DNA of 60,458 nucleotides from Peribolospora baueri (Eukaryota): NCBI GenBank assembly GCA_029717555.1, contig JAMDHS010000113.1, positions 1 to 60,458 of the forward strand, read 5' to 3'. Shown piece by piece: positions 60,240 to 60,458 of this stretch (position 1 is its first letter; each line of letters starts with the position of its first letter). The notes under the pieces were generated by a model. It saw only the letters and a program-made list of their open reading frames with translations, ran no database searches and was not told where the DNA came from. The position numbers and the translations under genes were made by a program.

Positions 60240-60458
60240 GGCGTCGTTGGCACCAGGCCGGCATGAGACACACACGCTCGCTTCGGCGTCTCCGTCCCGC
60301 TCCGTGGCGGCGGCCGTGACTTGCTGATGGAGAGCTGCGAGACAGTACCGGCGTCGTTGCCGCCTGGCTGGCATGAGATACACACGCTCGCTTCGTTGTC
60401 GCCGTCCCGCTCCGTGGCGGCGGCGGTGACTTGCTGATGGAGAGCTGCGAGACAGTAC
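60240..60458. repeat. 110-bp tandem repeat (2 copies visible, may continue off-window)
   Basis: 60240-60349 aligns to 60350-60458 at roughly 90% identity. Confidence 0.92.

Noticed and set aside
60240..60458. Repeat as a CRISPR-like array
   Set aside because: Units are contiguous 110-bp copies with no unique spacers, in eukaryotic DNA with no cas genes.

Overview
GC-rich, intron-containing eukaryotic DNA, most likely from a basidiomycete fungus (GT(G/A)AG/C donors, pyrimidine-tract CAG acceptors, and a Ubc2-type Ste50 with two C-terminal SH3 domains). Most of the six-frame ORF track is antisense or low-complexity noise; the real genes are spliced. From left to right I could assemble 17 protein-coding genes: a myo-inositol-type sugar porter (runs off the left edge), an orphan Ser/Pro-rich ORF, a tiny Stf2/Tma10-like gene, CMC2, Ubc2/Ste50, a second orphan, a secreted class-3 lipase, an AAAP amino-acid transporter, SURF1/SHY1, an atypical Gpa4-like G-alpha, TRM13, VPS9, an I9 protease inhibitor, a flavin monooxygenase, a degenerate Sec7-PH protein, an STL1-like sugar porter and a small secreted protein. 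The last 7 kb looks accessory and holds the most interesting signals: (i) a scrambled mosaic of Ty3/gypsy gag and RT fragments built around a 400-bp, about 99% identical inverted repeat, a candidate hairpin-RNA anti-transposon locus; (ii) a roughly 130-bp AT-rich probable mitochondrial homing-endonuclease fragment (NUMT); (iii) a 138-aa signal-peptide protein, only visible after splicing, whose motifs match the Tse2-like ADP-ribosyltransferase toxin fold; (iv) a 110-bp tandem repeat running off the right edge. All family calls are from motif recognition by eye, with no database search.
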